Of a stretch of DNA of 39,983 nucleotides, positions 9,269 through 19,410 are shown piece after piece. Position numbers and translations under genes: made by a program. The stretch comes from a virus (taxonomy: Duplodnaviria; Caudoviricetes): the IMG/VR virus record IMGVR_UViG_3300048606_000101, positions 1-39,983 of that record, one strand, 5' to 3'. The notes under the pieces were generated by a model, which did no database searches, was not told the origin of the DNA, and saw only the letters and a program-made list of their open reading frames with translations. Within the stretch, counting starts at the first letter, position 1. Each line of letters opens with the position of its first letter.

Positions 9269-12200
9269 TCAGATTCCCCACTGGTCTTCCGCGACCATCG
9301 GCGCGGCGCCGCCGGTCTTTCCAGCCGTCATGTAAGCGCCAATGGTCGACCCAGCGGCGAGAATGTCGCCCGTCGTCGAGCGGTTTTGGTTGAACTGGTT
9401 CTGCTGTGCCTGGATGTTCGCATTCGTCTGGTTGTTGAAGACGCCCGCGTTGGTCGCGTTCGTAGAGAGCACGGCGTTCTGGTTGTTGTACTGATTCTGC
9501 GCCGCACGGTCGGCGTTCGCCTGCGCCACGCCAATCTGCTGCGTCTGCGCGTTTTGGTACATGTTGAGATACGAGTTCGTGGCCTGGTCGTTCAAGGCGC
9601 GCTGCTGCTGAGAGAGCGTCGCCTGCTGCGCCGCCTGCTGCGCGGAGAGGGACGTGTTGTATTGGTTCTGGCCCACGCTCGCGTTCAAGGCGTTCAAGTT
9701 CTGCTGGGCGCCAAACTGCGCATTGAACTGCCCTTGCTGCGCGGCCATCTGCTGCGCCGTCGCGTTCTGTGCAATGTTGCCCTGGTAGGCGGTCTGATTC
9801 TGCTGCGCGGCGAGGTTCGCTCCAAACTGCCCCTGGTTGATCTGCCCCTGGTAGGCCGTCTGGTTTTGCTGGGCAGCGAGGCTCGCGTTGTACTGCCCTT
9901 GCTGCATCGCCCCCTGGTACGCGGCGAGGTTCGCTTGCTGATTGAGGTTGGCGCCGAATTGGTTCTGGCCAATCTGCATGTTGCTCGTGTTCAAGGCCTG
10001 CTGCTCGTTGAAGTCGGCGTTGAATTGGCCTTGCTGCGCCGCGAGCTGCGCCCCCGAGAGGTTCTGCGTCGCCGCGAGGTTCGCGTTGAACTGCCCCTGC
10101 TGCGTCTGGCTCGCGAGCTGCGCGGCGTTTTGCTGCGCCTGGAGACCGGCCCCGAATTGCGCCTGCTGGATGCCGCCCTGGTACTGGGTCTGATTCTGCT
10201 GCATCTGGCCCTGGTATTGGGCCATGTTCTGCTGCGCTGTGAGGCCAGCGTTGTACTGCGATTGGTTCATGTACGCAGCGAGTGAGGCCTGCTGCTGCTG
10301 TTGCTGAAGCTGCGCGTTGAACTGCCCCGCCTGCTGCTGCCCCTGGTATTGGGCAAGGTTTTGCTGATTCGCCATGTTCGCGGCGAATTGGCCTTGGTTG
10401 ATATCGCCCTGGTACCCGGTGGCCGCCTGCTGCTGCGCCAAGCCGGCATTGTATTGCTGCTGCTGGACGAGCGATTGCTGATTGGCCTGCGCTTCGGTCG
10501 AGGTGAGCCCCATGCGAAACTGCTGCTGCTGCGCCTGGAGCTGCGCATCATTCAGGTTCTGCGCCGAGTAGAAGTCTGCGCCGCTCTTGTTTTGCTGAGC
10601 CTGCAAGCCAGCGTTGTACTGCTGTTGTTGCGCCTGAAACTGGGCGAGGCTCTGATTCTGCGAAGCGTCAAGGCTCGCTCCGAATTGCCCCTGGCCAATC
10701 TGCATCTCGGCCGCGGCTTTCGCCTGGTCTATGGCCGACGACGTGGAGAATTGAGCGTTCGACGTGTCCGCTGATTGCTGCGTGCCGACCAGCTGGCCGA
10801 GGAGCCCCTGCGCCTGCATCTGCTCTTGAGCCCGGAGCATCGCCGTACTCCGCAAGTTGTCCTGCTGCTGCGCCGAATTCTGCCGAAGCGCCTCGATCGC
10901 CGATAGCGCACCGGTGCCGCCCCTCGTGCTGTTCGCGATTGCGAGGTTCGACCGTAGGGCCTTCTCCTGACCCTCCTGCATCTGGAGCGCGGCGAGGCTC
11001 GGCCCCCCTCGGCCATAGGCGCGATCGCCCACGCTGCCGATGAGCTCCTGCATCTGCCCGCGCCCCTCCATGTACCGGGCGAGACCTTGCGAGCGCTCGT
11101 AGTCGACCTTGTCCATCCCGACCTGGTCGGGGGCTTTCACGCGGTCCATCCCGACCACGCCGGGCGCGTCCACGTAATCGTAGCTCTGCTGTTTCAGGCG
11201 GACGTCGTTCTCCGCTCTCGTGCCTGGCAGGCCGAGTAGCCCCGGGCCTTGCACCTGGTCTAGCTGCACCCTGTCCGGGGCACCCTCGCGCTGGAGCGCC
11301 ACGTCTTTCGGGTTGGCCACCGTGCCGAGCTCTCGGATTGCGGGGCCCTGCGTGCGCTCGAGCTGCGCCATCTGCAAGGCGCGCTCCGCTGGCGACGCCA
11401 CCATGTTGAGGTTCTGCTGCGCGACCGGCCCGACCTTCTCAAGCCCCACGGTCTCCGGCGCGTTGAACTGCTGGAGCCCCACGTTCGGGCCAGCCGATGC
11501 GCGCGCGAGCTCCTCCTTCGCTACGGGGCCGACCCGGTCGAGGTTCACGTTGTCCGGTGCGTTGACCCGGTCGAGCGCTGCGCGGTCGAGCCCGACGGTG
11601 CCGGGGGCCGCAATCTTCTCGAGCTCCTGGACGGGGAGGCCAGTGACCTTGTCGAGCTGCACGCCCTCGCGGTTCTGCGCGCTCTGCGATTGCTGGCGAA
11701 AGTAGTCCTGCGCGGTGACCGGCTTGTCCGACGCCTGAACCGCGGCGTTCATCTGGTCGAGGTTGCCCTGCATGGCATTGCCCCAAGCCGCGTACGCATC
11801 GGCGAGCCCGGTGTCGCCAGCGGCGCGCAATTCGTCGGCCTGGCGCATCATGTCGAGCTGCTGTTGCTGGTACGCGTCGCGCTCCTGGACCAGCTTCGGG
11901 TCCTGCCCCGACGAGCCGAAGTTGCCTTGCGCTACCGACGGGTCGAGCATGCCGGTGCCGGGGTTGACGAATGGAGCCGTCGCCGTGCCGTAGGAGGCGC
12001 CGCCGGCCCCCGTGGGTTGCCCGGTGTAGCTCTCGCCTCCAGCGTTCTGGAGTTTCGAGTCAATGGCCTCCATCCCACCGTACACGGCTGCGCCAACGCC
12101 GGGGTTCAGGGTGATGATTCCGGCCGCGACGCCAGCGGCGAGCGACATCCCCGGGGGCAAGCTCATTTCGTTGCCGAAGCTGCTTCCCCACTGGTCGCGC

Positions 12201-12328
12201 TGATTCTGACCGAAGGTGGTGTTGTTGCCGGCAATCGTGATGCCACCAGTATCGTAGGGGTTGTAATCGGTCGGGCGCGCGCGGCACGCACGGCGAAGCC
12301 ATTCAGGTTGCTTGCGTAGCCGGATCAT
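9269..12328 (-). CDS. Gln/Asn-rich repeat ejection (pilot-like) protein, about 1019 aa
   Basis: Start ATG 12328 overlaps the nozzle stop; 22-aa repeats QQGQF(N/G)AxLAAQQN...; hydrophobic Gly-rich segments near both ends. Confidence 0.7.
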   Translation of the reverse strand: MIRLRKQPEWLRRACRARPTDYNPYDTGGITIAGNNTTFGQNQRDQWGSSFGNEMSLPPGMSLAAGVAAGIITLNPGVGAAVYGGMEAIDSKLQNAGGESYTGQPTGAGGASYGTATAPFVNPGTGMLDPSVAQGNFGSSGQDPKLVQERDAYQQQQLDMMRQADELRAAGDTGLADAYAAWGNAMQGNLDQMNAAVQASDKPVTAQDYFRQQSQSAQNREGVQLDKVTGLPVQELEKIAAPGTVGLDRAALDRVNAPDNVNLDRVGPVAKEELARASAGPNVGLQQFNAPETVGLEKVGPVAQQNLNMVASPAERALQMAQLERTQGPAIRELGTVANPKDVALQREGAPDRVQLDQVQGPGLLGLPGTRAENDVRLKQQSYDYVDAPGVVGMDRVKAPDQVGMDKVDYERSQGLARYMEGRGQMQELIGSVGDRAYGRGGPSLAALQMQEGQEKALRSNLAIANSTRGGTGALSAIEALRQNSAQQQDNLRSTAMLRAQEQMQAQGLLGQLVGTQQSADTSNAQFSTSSAIDQAKAAAEMQIGQGQFGASLDASQNQSLAQFQAQQQQYNAGLQAQQNKSGADFYSAQNLNDAQLQAQQQQFRMGLTSTEAQANQQSLVQQQQYNAGLAQQQAATGYQGDINQGQFAANMANQQNLAQYQGQQQAGQFNAQLQQQQQQASLAAYMNQSQYNAGLTAQQNMAQYQGQMQQNQTQYQGGIQQAQFGAGLQAQQNAAQLASQTQQGQFNANLAATQNLSGAQLAAQQGQFNADFNEQQALNTSNMQIGQNQFGANLNQQANLAAYQGAMQQGQYNASLAAQQNQTAYQGQINQGQFGANLAAQQNQTAYQGNIAQNATAQQMAAQQGQFNAQFGAQQNLNALNASVGQNQYNTSLSAQQAAQQATLSQQQRALNDQATNSYLNMYQNAQTQQIGVAQANADRAAQNQYNNQNAVLSTNATNAGVFNNQTNANIQAQQNQFNQNRSTTGDILAAGSTIGAYMTAGKTGGAAPMVAEDQWGI

Positions 12329-15300
12329 TTCTTCGCCTCCATCGCCATCGCTCGCGCGAACGCGCGTTCCTTCACGCCAAGCTCCATCGCGAGTCCAGAG
12401 AGCCAGCAACCTTCGCCCGTGTCAGGCCCCGGGCCTGACGTGTCCTCCGCGTCGCGCAGCTCCACCTCGTACGACTGCGCCTTCTGCCTATCGACGAGCA
12501 TCGTCAGTTGCTCGCGCGGCAAGGCGGCAATCTCCGCATTCGACCACGCGCGCTGGGACACGATCGCGTCGTCGTAGTTGTAGCGAATGTAGAACGTGAG
12601 CTCGTGGGCACTCTTGCGCTCCGCAAGTACCGAGAGTCGACGAAGACGTACGAAGCCCTGTAGGCCAGCCGGCTTCAGCATCATCCGGACGGCCATCGGC
12701 ACGAATGCGCCATTGTCGGTGAAGACGGTTCGACTTTCCGCGAAGAGCCGCCCATCGCTGTAACCAAAGTGCATGAGGTCCGCCGACTGGGCGCCGGCCC
12801 GCGGCGCGCCCATACCCAGCAGCTCCGTTGTCCACGCCCCAAACGGCGCTTCCTGCGACTTGCGCTCGTAGTTGAGCCGCAAAATCTGATGAGTCTCAGA
12901 CACGCCGCCGACGGGGCTCGACATGCCGAAGCGGATCTCGCTCGTCTCCGCTGAAGCCCCGGCAAAGAAGCATTCGGCGTAATTGTCCGTCCAGTAGTCG
13001 ACATCGCCGCCTACAAGGATCACCTCGAGGCCGCGCGTCAGAAGCTCGATGCCGCGCTGGCTCAGGAAGTAGACCCCATCCTTGGCAACGACGACGCTGC
13101 GCGGGTCGACGCACCCGACCGGGCTCGAGAGCCGCTGCGCCGTGAAGCCGCCGCCGGAGCCATTGTCGTCGAGCGGCGTTCCCACGAGCATGTGGATCTC
13201 GTGCTCGGTGAAGATGATGCACTTGTCGTCCATCGACGCGCCCATCACCGGCATCTCTCGACTCGAGAGGCGGTACGTGAGCGCCGCGCTAAAGGCGAAG
13301 CCTTCCCCGACGACGAGAGGCTTACTCTGCCAGAGTGAGCCGTCTTCGCTGTTGTTCACGATGAGAACGTCGTTGTGGGAGACCACGAATGAGCATGGCG
13401 GCGCCGGGAAGTTGCCGAGCGCGCCGCCGCTCGTGTAGAGCGTCTCGTTCACCGTGACGGACGCGTCCGCGAGGGTGTCGATGAGTGACGCCGTTGGGGC
13501 CGCTTGCGGGTTATTCGACGTGCCTCCGACCAAATAGAACGGCCCGGATGAGCCCGCCGCGGTGCGCCAGAATTCAATTCTGACATTGCCAGCGCCGCCG
13601 CCTCCCGAAACCCGCGTGAATTGCAGCATCGGCACGGTCAAGCTGACGCGGTTGGTATTGGTCCCAGCCGGCACAGTGACCGTAATGGGCAGCGACGGGT
13701 TGCTTCTCCAAACGCGGCCTCGCGCGTCGTCGTACCGATAGGTGGCGACGTATTGGTAGATGCCCGGCGCGATGAAGCCAAGGGTCGCGAGGGGGGCGCC
13801 GGTGGTCGGCGTCTCTGGGAACTTCAGGAAACCGAGCTCAAAGACGGCTTCTCCGTCAAACACGCAAGGCGTGCCGCCTGCGATGGCCAGAAGCCGCCCG
13901 TGCTCCGTCGTCCGAAACCGCTTGGTCGACGTCATGTCCACTTCCACGTAGTCGACGCCAAGGTTGGCGTTCGCGTAGGCGAAGGTCCCGCCGCCGGATA
14001 GGTTTACCTTGGTTTTGATGGTCTGCGCGAAGATGAACGTCCCCTCGGCCGTGGTCACCACGCCTGAGACGGTGTCGCCGGGCGTCGTCGTCGGCAGAGC
14101 TCCAGAGACGAGCGGGGCCAAGCTCAGGCTAGAGATGCTCGATGTCGCCTGAAACGTGACGTCAATGAGGAAGGTGCCGCCCTGGATCGCGGACGGTGAC
14201 CCGACCGCAATGAAGCTGCTGCCGTCGACTTCGAAGAAGCCCGACTCGATGTGGTGCGCCACGTAGAACATCTCGGCCCCAGAGAGGGCGCCGGCCGTGG
14301 TGATCGCGCGGAACCGGCAATCTGTGCCGTTGTCCCAACCGAGCAGCACGCTCGTCGCCGTGCGCGCCCCCAATTGCAGGGTGAACGTCTGCGCCGACGC
14401 GGCGCTGACGGTGAACGGCGCGACGACGAGCGACATCGACGAGTCGTACGCAGCCGCCCTGACGTCGCCGCCCGCGCGCTGCCAAGCGACCCAAAGCAGG
14501 CTCCCGATGTAGCGGCATGCGACGGGGCCAGCGACCGTCTCCGCAATGACCGCCGACGCCACGGACACGCCCGTCAGGCTCCGCTTGGAAACGAAGATGC
14601 TAGTCCCCCGCGAGTAGGCGAGAAACCACTGCGTCGCGGAGAACGGTGAGACCCCGATGGCGCCCGTTGCGAAGTCGTAGTCTGTCGCTTGTGGACCGCC
14701 GTTAGGGTTAGTGTTCAGGTTGTTCGGCGCATTGCAGTCGAGTCGGTTGATGTTGATGTTTGCCGAATTGTCCGACGGCATCACGATGAAAATGTACTGC
14801 CCAACCGTTAGCGCCCGGAACCGTTGCACGTTAGTAGCGATGGAGTCGTGCCAGCGCCTTGTGCCGGTGCGCAGGTCGGTGACCGAGCCGACGAGCCTGG
14901 GCGAGGTGGGCGCGGGAGCAGTGAGAATGTAGATCCCCACGAGAATGCCGCTTGCGCTCTCGTAAGCGACGTCTGCGCGAGAGATTCCTGCTGTATCGGC
15001 ACTTCTGCCAACCGAGCCCCGGCCCACTTCCAGTGCGACGGGGGAGCGCCCCCTTTCGATCCACACGAGATCGTCACCCGCGGCCGTGCGCGCGTACGTG
15101 TGGGACTTGCAGAACGCGACCAGCCCGCCCTCGTAGGTAGCAAGCCCGTCGCACCGGTCGAACGTGAGGCCGCCGCGAGGGTTGGTCGTGGCCAGCGACA
15201 CGTACCCCTTGCGCTTGCGGATGACGCCCTCGGTGTCGAGCACCACGTTTTGGGCCCACGTGAGCGAGGGGGCTTCCACGGCGCGCTTGTCCGCTCGCGT

Positions 15301-15354
15301 GTTGACGCCGCGGGAGAATGGGACCTGGACGACTCGCGTTCCGATGTCGCCCAT
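12325..15354 (-). CDS. Tail nozzle / tail tubular protein B-like (P22 gp10 / T7 gp12 class)
   Basis: About 1009 aa, beta-rich; N-terminal PFSRGVNTR...AQNV...G.IRKRKG and later VGCVDPRSVV..DGVYFLSQRGI motifs of podoviral nozzle proteins. Confidence 0.75.
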   Translation of the reverse strand: MGDIGTRVVQVPFSRGVNTRADKRAVEAPSLTWAQNVVLDTEGVIRKRKGYVSLATTNPRGGLTFDRCDGLATYEGGLVAFCKSHTYARTAAGDDLVWIERGRSPVALEVGRGSVGRSADTAGISRADVAYESASGILVGIYILTAPAPTSPRLVGSVTDLRTGTRRWHDSIATNVQRFRALTVGQYIFIVMPSDNSANININRLDCNAPNNLNTNPNGGPQATDYDFATGAIGVSPFSATQWFLAYSRGTSIFVSKRSLTGVSVASAVIAETVAGPVACRYIGSLLWVAWQRAGGDVRAAAYDSSMSLVVAPFTVSAASAQTFTLQLGARTATSVLLGWDNGTDCRFRAITTAGALSGAEMFYVAHHIESGFFEVDGSSFIAVGSPSAIQGGTFLIDVTFQATSSISSLSLAPLVSGALPTTTPGDTVSGVVTTAEGTFIFAQTIKTKVNLSGGGTFAYANANLGVDYVEVDMTSTKRFRTTEHGRLLAIAGGTPCVFDGEAVFELGFLKFPETPTTGAPLATLGFIAPGIYQYVATYRYDDARGRVWRSNPSLPITVTVPAGTNTNRVSLTVPMLQFTRVSGGGGAGNVRIEFWRTAAGSSGPFYLVGGTSNNPQAAPTASLIDTLADASVTVNETLYTSGGALGNFPAPPCSFVVSHNDVLIVNNSEDGSLWQSKPLVVGEGFAFSAALTYRLSSREMPVMGASMDDKCIIFTEHEIHMLVGTPLDDNGSGGGFTAQRLSSPVGCVDPRSVVVAKDGVYFLSQRGIELLTRGLEVILVGGDVDYWTDNYAECFFAGASAETSEIRFGMSSPVGGVSETHQILRLNYERKSQEAPFGAWTTELLGMGAPRAGAQSADLMHFGYSDGRLFAESRTVFTDNGAFVPMAVRMMLKPAGLQGFVRLRRLSVLAERKSAHELTFYIRYNYDDAIVSQRAWSNAEIAALPREQLTMLVDRQKAQSYEVELRDAEDTSGPGPDTGEGCWLSGLAMELGVKERAFARAMAMEAKK

Positions 15355-15710
15355 CAGAAGACCCACAGAAAGACGCCGCAGTCGACGGCGGAGGCAAGGG
15401 CAATGAAGTTCGCGTCTGTCTGCCCAGCGTCCTCGAGGAGCTCGTGCGGGCTCGTCCCGAAGTCGCGGGCCACGATCCACCCGTTGGGGCGCCGGCCGAG
15501 CCGGTGGGGGACCTTCTTCGCCACGCCCGCCGTGAAGTAGATTCCCTCGGTGCGCCGCTGCGTCGTCGCGTCCACCTCGAAAGTGAGCAGGCTGCCGTGG
15601 ACGACGTCCGAGGCGAGCAGCGGCGCTACGGCGTTGCGCACATAGTCCTGCGCTCGCTGGAGGTCTGGCCCTGCGCCGCGGTGCTGAACGATGGGAGGTG
15701 TGGCTCTCAT
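15354..15710 (-). CDS. Small tail/virion protein
   Basis: VPHRLGRRPNGWIV (H.LGR.P motif common in phage tail proteins); coupled on both sides. Confidence 0.65.
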   Translation of the reverse strand: MRATPPIVQHRGAGPDLQRAQDYVRNAVAPLLASDVVHGSLLTFEVDATTQRRTEGIYFTAGVAKKVPHRLGRRPNGWIVARDFGTSPHELLEDAGQTDANFIALASAVDCGVFLWVF

Positions 15711-16408
15711 CGCCAGCCCGGCCGGTACCGGCGCCCGATAGGCCAACCCTTCAGATCCTGCGCGCGCTTAGGCTCGTTCTGGTCACGGCTCGCCGTCGCG
15801 CGAATGTCCGCCTCAATCTGCTTCATCCGGCCGAATGGGGTCGACGCGTCTTCGTCCCCCTTCTCCCGGAAGGTCGCGACCGCGTACCACACCGGGTATT
15901 CCTCGAAACCAGCGTACCCGTCCCACGTATCGAGGTCCCCCACGAGCCTCACCGGGGCCGCCGCGTACTCGCACTTCAGCGAGTGAATGCCCTGAGGCGT
16001 TGGAACGAACCGGAGCGACGCGCCGACGAGCGAATAGGAGACATCACCGAAGCAGGCCGCCCATCCCTCGCTCGTCCGCTGGTTCTCCGACTCGGACGAC
16101 ATGTAGCGCCGAATCGGCTGAAGCATGCCCGACCCGTCGTTCCACCACAGGCCAAGCAGCTTGTAGAAGTCCGCTGGCAACGACACCGTCTCGACGTTCA
16201 CCGCCGTGGCGAGCGTCGCCGCCGCGCGGAAGTACTCGTAGCCGTGCACCGACGCGAGAATGCGGTGCAGCGACGCAATGCCGGCGTTCAGCTCCTCGAG
16301 GATCTCCGCATCCTTGATGAAGTCTCCCGCCGTGCCCTGCGCGGACGGCCAATCCCCTTTCGAGCGCACCCAGCTAATCAGCTGGGCTGCGTTGACCGTC
16401 CGCGCCAT
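15707..16408 (-). CDS. Head-tail adaptor (tail tubular protein A-like)
   Basis: QLISWVR...D.EIL..LNAG, SLPADFYKL, LRFVPTP motifs of podoviral adaptors; lies between capsid and nozzle genes. Confidence 0.75.
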   Translation of the reverse strand: MARTVNAAQLISWVRSKGDWPSAQGTAGDFIKDAEILEELNAGIASLHRILASVHGYEYFRAAATLATAVNVETVSLPADFYKLLGLWWNDGSGMLQPIRRYMSSESENQRTSEGWAACFGDVSYSLVGASLRFVPTPQGIHSLKCEYAAAPVRLVGDLDTWDGYAGFEEYPVWYAVATFREKGDEDASTPFGRMKQIEADIRATASRDQNEPKRAQDLKGWPIGRRYRPGWR

Positions 16409-16411
16409 GGC

Positions 16412-16630
16412 TTAGACTCCCGTGCAGAGGTGAACGAACTTCTCCATGACCATCCCCGCCTTTTCGAAGTCCCCAGAGCTCGCAGCTTCGAAGAACTTCT
16501 GAGCGAGGTCAGTCTTTGCCGGCGTGTCGTATTCGGAATCCTCCGACTCCGACTCCATCGGCTCTTCCATGGCCTTTCCTTTGGGCTTCTCTCCAAGGCC
16601 GATGAGTAGCCCCATGTTGCCCTTGGCCAT
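16412..16630 (-). CDS. Small acidic hypothetical protein
   Basis: 72 aa, coupled, head module. Confidence 0.65.
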   Translation of the reverse strand: MAKGNMGLLIGLGEKPKGKAMEEPMESESEDSEYDTPAKTDLAQKFFEAASSGDFEKAGMVMEKFVHLCTGV

Positions 16631-17022
16631 TACAGGAGCTCCGAATTGCGCAGCAGCGCAACGAAGTGCACCCAGTTATTGGCGTTGGAAGCAATCTCCG
16701 CCGCGGCGAGCGCCCCCGCCGTCTCTTCCTGATACTGGATCACGAAGGTCTTGGCGGTGGTGACGTCGATCGCCCCGGTCAGCTGAACGCCCCCCTTGAG
16801 GAGCGCGTTCAGCTGGACCGATGGGACGATGGCGAGGATACCGACGTACCCGTCTTGCAAGGTGACCGTGTATGCCCCGACGCCCGTACGAGCGACGGAC
16901 CATCCAAGGCCCTTGTTCAACGTATTGTCGATAGCGCCGGCCGCGTTCGGCCGGAATGCCCCAGCAAGGACTTTGACGCCCTTGCTGAGGGTTTGGATGT
17001 CGCAGAATGCTCGGGCGGCCAT
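16630..17022 (-). CDS. Putative capsid decoration / minor head protein
   Basis: 130 aa beta-rich (SVARTGVGAYTVTL), immediately after MCP. Confidence 0.6.
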   Translation of the reverse strand: MAARAFCDIQTLSKGVKVLAGAFRPNAAGAIDNTLNKGLGWSVARTGVGAYTVTLQDGYVGILAIVPSVQLNALLKGGVQLTGAIDVTTAKTFVIQYQEETAGALAAAEIASNANNWVHFVALLRNSELL

Positions 17023-17025
17023 GGC

Positions 17026-18252
17026 TTACGCTCCGAAGTTCGTAACGACCATGTTCGACCCCGGCTCCTCGCAAGCGAGCTGCCAGAAGGTGACCATGCG
17101 GTACTCGTGCGAGTCGGCGTTGTAGTCCCGCACGAGCTGGCCCTGACCGTCGTCGTCGATGAAGCCCGGCGCGTCGCCTAGGGTGTGGATCTTCCAGGTG
17201 TCGAGCTGCAGGAGGTACAGCTTGTTCCTCGGGCAGTTCGGGTCCGGGACGAGCTTGATGTCCCCGTTGGGTCCGGGGACAACCACGGCCTTGAAGCCGA
17301 TGTCAGGAACGTCCGTCTCCACGTCCACGTAGACACGGGCCTGGATGGCCTTGACCACGTTGGCGAAGTCGCGGTTGTTCATGATGCCGTGCGTCGGCGA
17401 CCCGCCGTGAACGGCCAGTCGATGAGGGGCCTCGATGAGGGCCTCTTCGATCGGCACGCCCGCTGCGTTCCACCGAGCTCCACCGAGGCGCGTATCCGCA
17501 GTGCGGTCGACGCCGAAGAAGAGAGTCGCGGAGGGAGCAGCGTCGGGAATCCAAGCCGGGATGCCCTTGATCTTCGCGGCGTAGTCCCCCTTGCGGAAGA
17601 GGTAGTCGTTTGCCAGGACCGCGGCGATGCCGGCTGTCCAGTTGCCGGTGGCGGTGATGGTCCCAAGGTCGCGATCGACGCCCAGGATGGTGACCGTCGC
17701 GCCTGCCGACTTCAGGCCACCGGCCAGGGTGCCGTCGTCGACCGATGCCTGGAGCAGCATTCCCTTTTCGAAGTTGACGATCTGCGAGGGGTCCGAGAGC
17801 GTGATGGTCGCGGTGGCCGGGTTGGAGGTCGCCGAGATGCGCCCGATGGCGCCGCCGCCGTTGCCCCACAAGCCAGCCGCCATTGCGCGGCCAATCTTGT
17901 AGAGAGACGAGTCGATCTCGCTCTTGAGGGCCTTGACGAGCGCGCCCTTGTTGGAGCGCGACGCCCGCATGACCTCGGTGGTGAGGCCACCGACTGCGTA
18001 TTCACTCACGCGTGTCAGGGTGAACTTCGTGTAGAGCGAGCCGCTCTTGCCGGTCTGAGCGTTCGTGAAGTCGACAGCGTCACCCGTCGAGCCTCCGTAC
18101 TTCAGCGCAACGACGAGATTCTCGCCTTCGAAGTCGTCAGCCTTCTCCATGATGGCGAAGGTCGGGTTTTTTGGATAGAGAACTGCGGGCAACCCATTCG
18201 GATACAGAGTCTTGAGAACCGCCGCGTAGGCGGGGACGTTGAGAGCAGCCAT
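17026..18252 (-). CDS. Major capsid protein
   Basis: 408 aa after the scaffold gene; HK97-like features (LWGNGGG, IKGIPAWI, GDIKLVPDPNCP, YLLQLDTW). Confidence 0.85.
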   Translation of the reverse strand: MAALNVPAYAAVLKTLYPNGLPAVLYPKNPTFAIMEKADDFEGENLVVALKYGGSTGDAVDFTNAQTGKSGSLYTKFTLTRVSEYAVGGLTTEVMRASRSNKGALVKALKSEIDSSLYKIGRAMAAGLWGNGGGAIGRISATSNPATATITLSDPSQIVNFEKGMLLQASVDDGTLAGGLKSAGATVTILGVDRDLGTITATGNWTAGIAAVLANDYLFRKGDYAAKIKGIPAWIPDAAPSATLFFGVDRTADTRLGGARWNAAGVPIEEALIEAPHRLAVHGGSPTHGIMNNRDFANVVKAIQARVYVDVETDVPDIGFKAVVVPGPNGDIKLVPDPNCPRNKLYLLQLDTWKIHTLGDAPGFIDDDGQGQLVRDYNADSHEYRMVTFWQLACEEPGSNMVVTNFGA

Positions 18253-18291
18253 GTGCCAGGCTCCACGCCCGGACTTGAGTCACTCGCGAGT

Positions 18292-19407
18292 TTAGAAACT
18301 GCGCGGGCGAGGCATGTCGGGCATCAGCGCGGTAGCTGCTGCGATTCTTTGCGCCTCGGTGAGCTTTGCTCCCGAAGCGGTTCTCACAGCGGAGCCACCG
18401 TTCGTTAACGTGGTCGGCGCTTTCGGCGCGACAGCGTTCCCGGCTTCACGGTGCCCCGCTGTTGGGGCTACGCCTTGTGGGCGTTCCGAGTTTGCCGATT
18501 GCTCGGCGCCGCTCGGGGCGGCTGCTGGCTTTCGTCCAGCCTCGATTGCATCGTAATACGCGCCGTAGCGCGCGTCGAGCTCCTTTGCCACTTCGGGGTC
18601 AGTCGGCATTCTGCCGAGCTGCGCTTGGAGCGCAGTGCAGACCGCAACGGCGTCGTCCATGATCGTCTGCGGGCCGTTGTTCCGAAGGGTAAACTGTGTG
18701 TTTGTGTGCGCCTCGCCGGCAGCAATCGCGATGAAGCTTCGCGCGAGCTGAGAGCGCTGCGCTTCAACCTGCTGTTGCTTCGCCTGCTGCTCGCGCTGCT
18801 CCCATCGCTGCTCGAGCTCGGCAATCTTCTTGTTCGCGGCCGCCGCCTGCGATTCAGGCTTGCCCGTGTCGATGTAGGCGTTTGCAAACTTCTCGTATTC
18901 AGAGACGTAGTCGGAGCCGTTCTCTTTGGCGAGCAGCTCCCAGAAGGCGCGCGGGTCCTGCAGCAGGAGCTTCTCCCGCTGTTGGAATGCCGCGATGCGC
19001 TGATTCGCCTGCGCCACGGCCTGGTCGCGGAGCTTGTACTCCGTCTCGCGCGCGAGAATGGTCTCCTCGCGCTTCTCGAGCTTGCCCTTCAAGGCCTTGT
19101 ACTTGCGCCATTCGGCGACGGTGATGTCGCGGGGCTGGTCCTCGTCCTCGGGCTTTTCCTTGTCGGCCGGCTTCTCCTCGACCCCTTCCCCCGTGGGGGG
19201 GGTGTCCGCTGGCGCAGGAGCGCCCGATTGCTTGGCGCTGCCAGCCGCTGCGAGGATTCGCGCCGCCTCGGTGATGCGCTGATGCTCCGATTGCTTGCCG
19301 GTCTTCTGCGGGGCGCTGGGGGCCGGCGTTGCGACCGGTTCGGGCGTGGCAGCGACGGGCGCCGGGGTGGCGACGGGAGCGGCGGGGGCGGGTACTGCGT
19401 CGGGCAT
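18292..19407 (-). CDS. Capsid scaffolding protein
   Basis: Pro/Ala-rich ends, charged coiled-coil core, PTTLTN...LTEAQRIAAA C-terminus; between portal and MCP. Confidence 0.7.
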   Translation of the reverse strand: MPDAVPAPAAPVATPAPVAATPEPVATPAPSAPQKTGKQSEHQRITEAARILAAAGSAKQSGAPAPADTPPTGEGVEEKPADKEKPEDEDQPRDITVAEWRKYKALKGKLEKREETILARETEYKLRDQAVAQANQRIAAFQQREKLLLQDPRAFWELLAKENGSDYVSEYEKFANAYIDTGKPESQAAAANKKIAELEQRWEQREQQAKQQQVEAQRSQLARSFIAIAAGEAHTNTQFTLRNNGPQTIMDDAVAVCTALQAQLGRMPTDPEVAKELDARYGAYYDAIEAGRKPAAAPSGAEQSANSERPQGVAPTAGHREAGNAVAPKAPTTLTNGGSAVRTASGAKLTEAQRIAAATALMPDMPRPRSF

Positions 19408-19410
19408 GGG

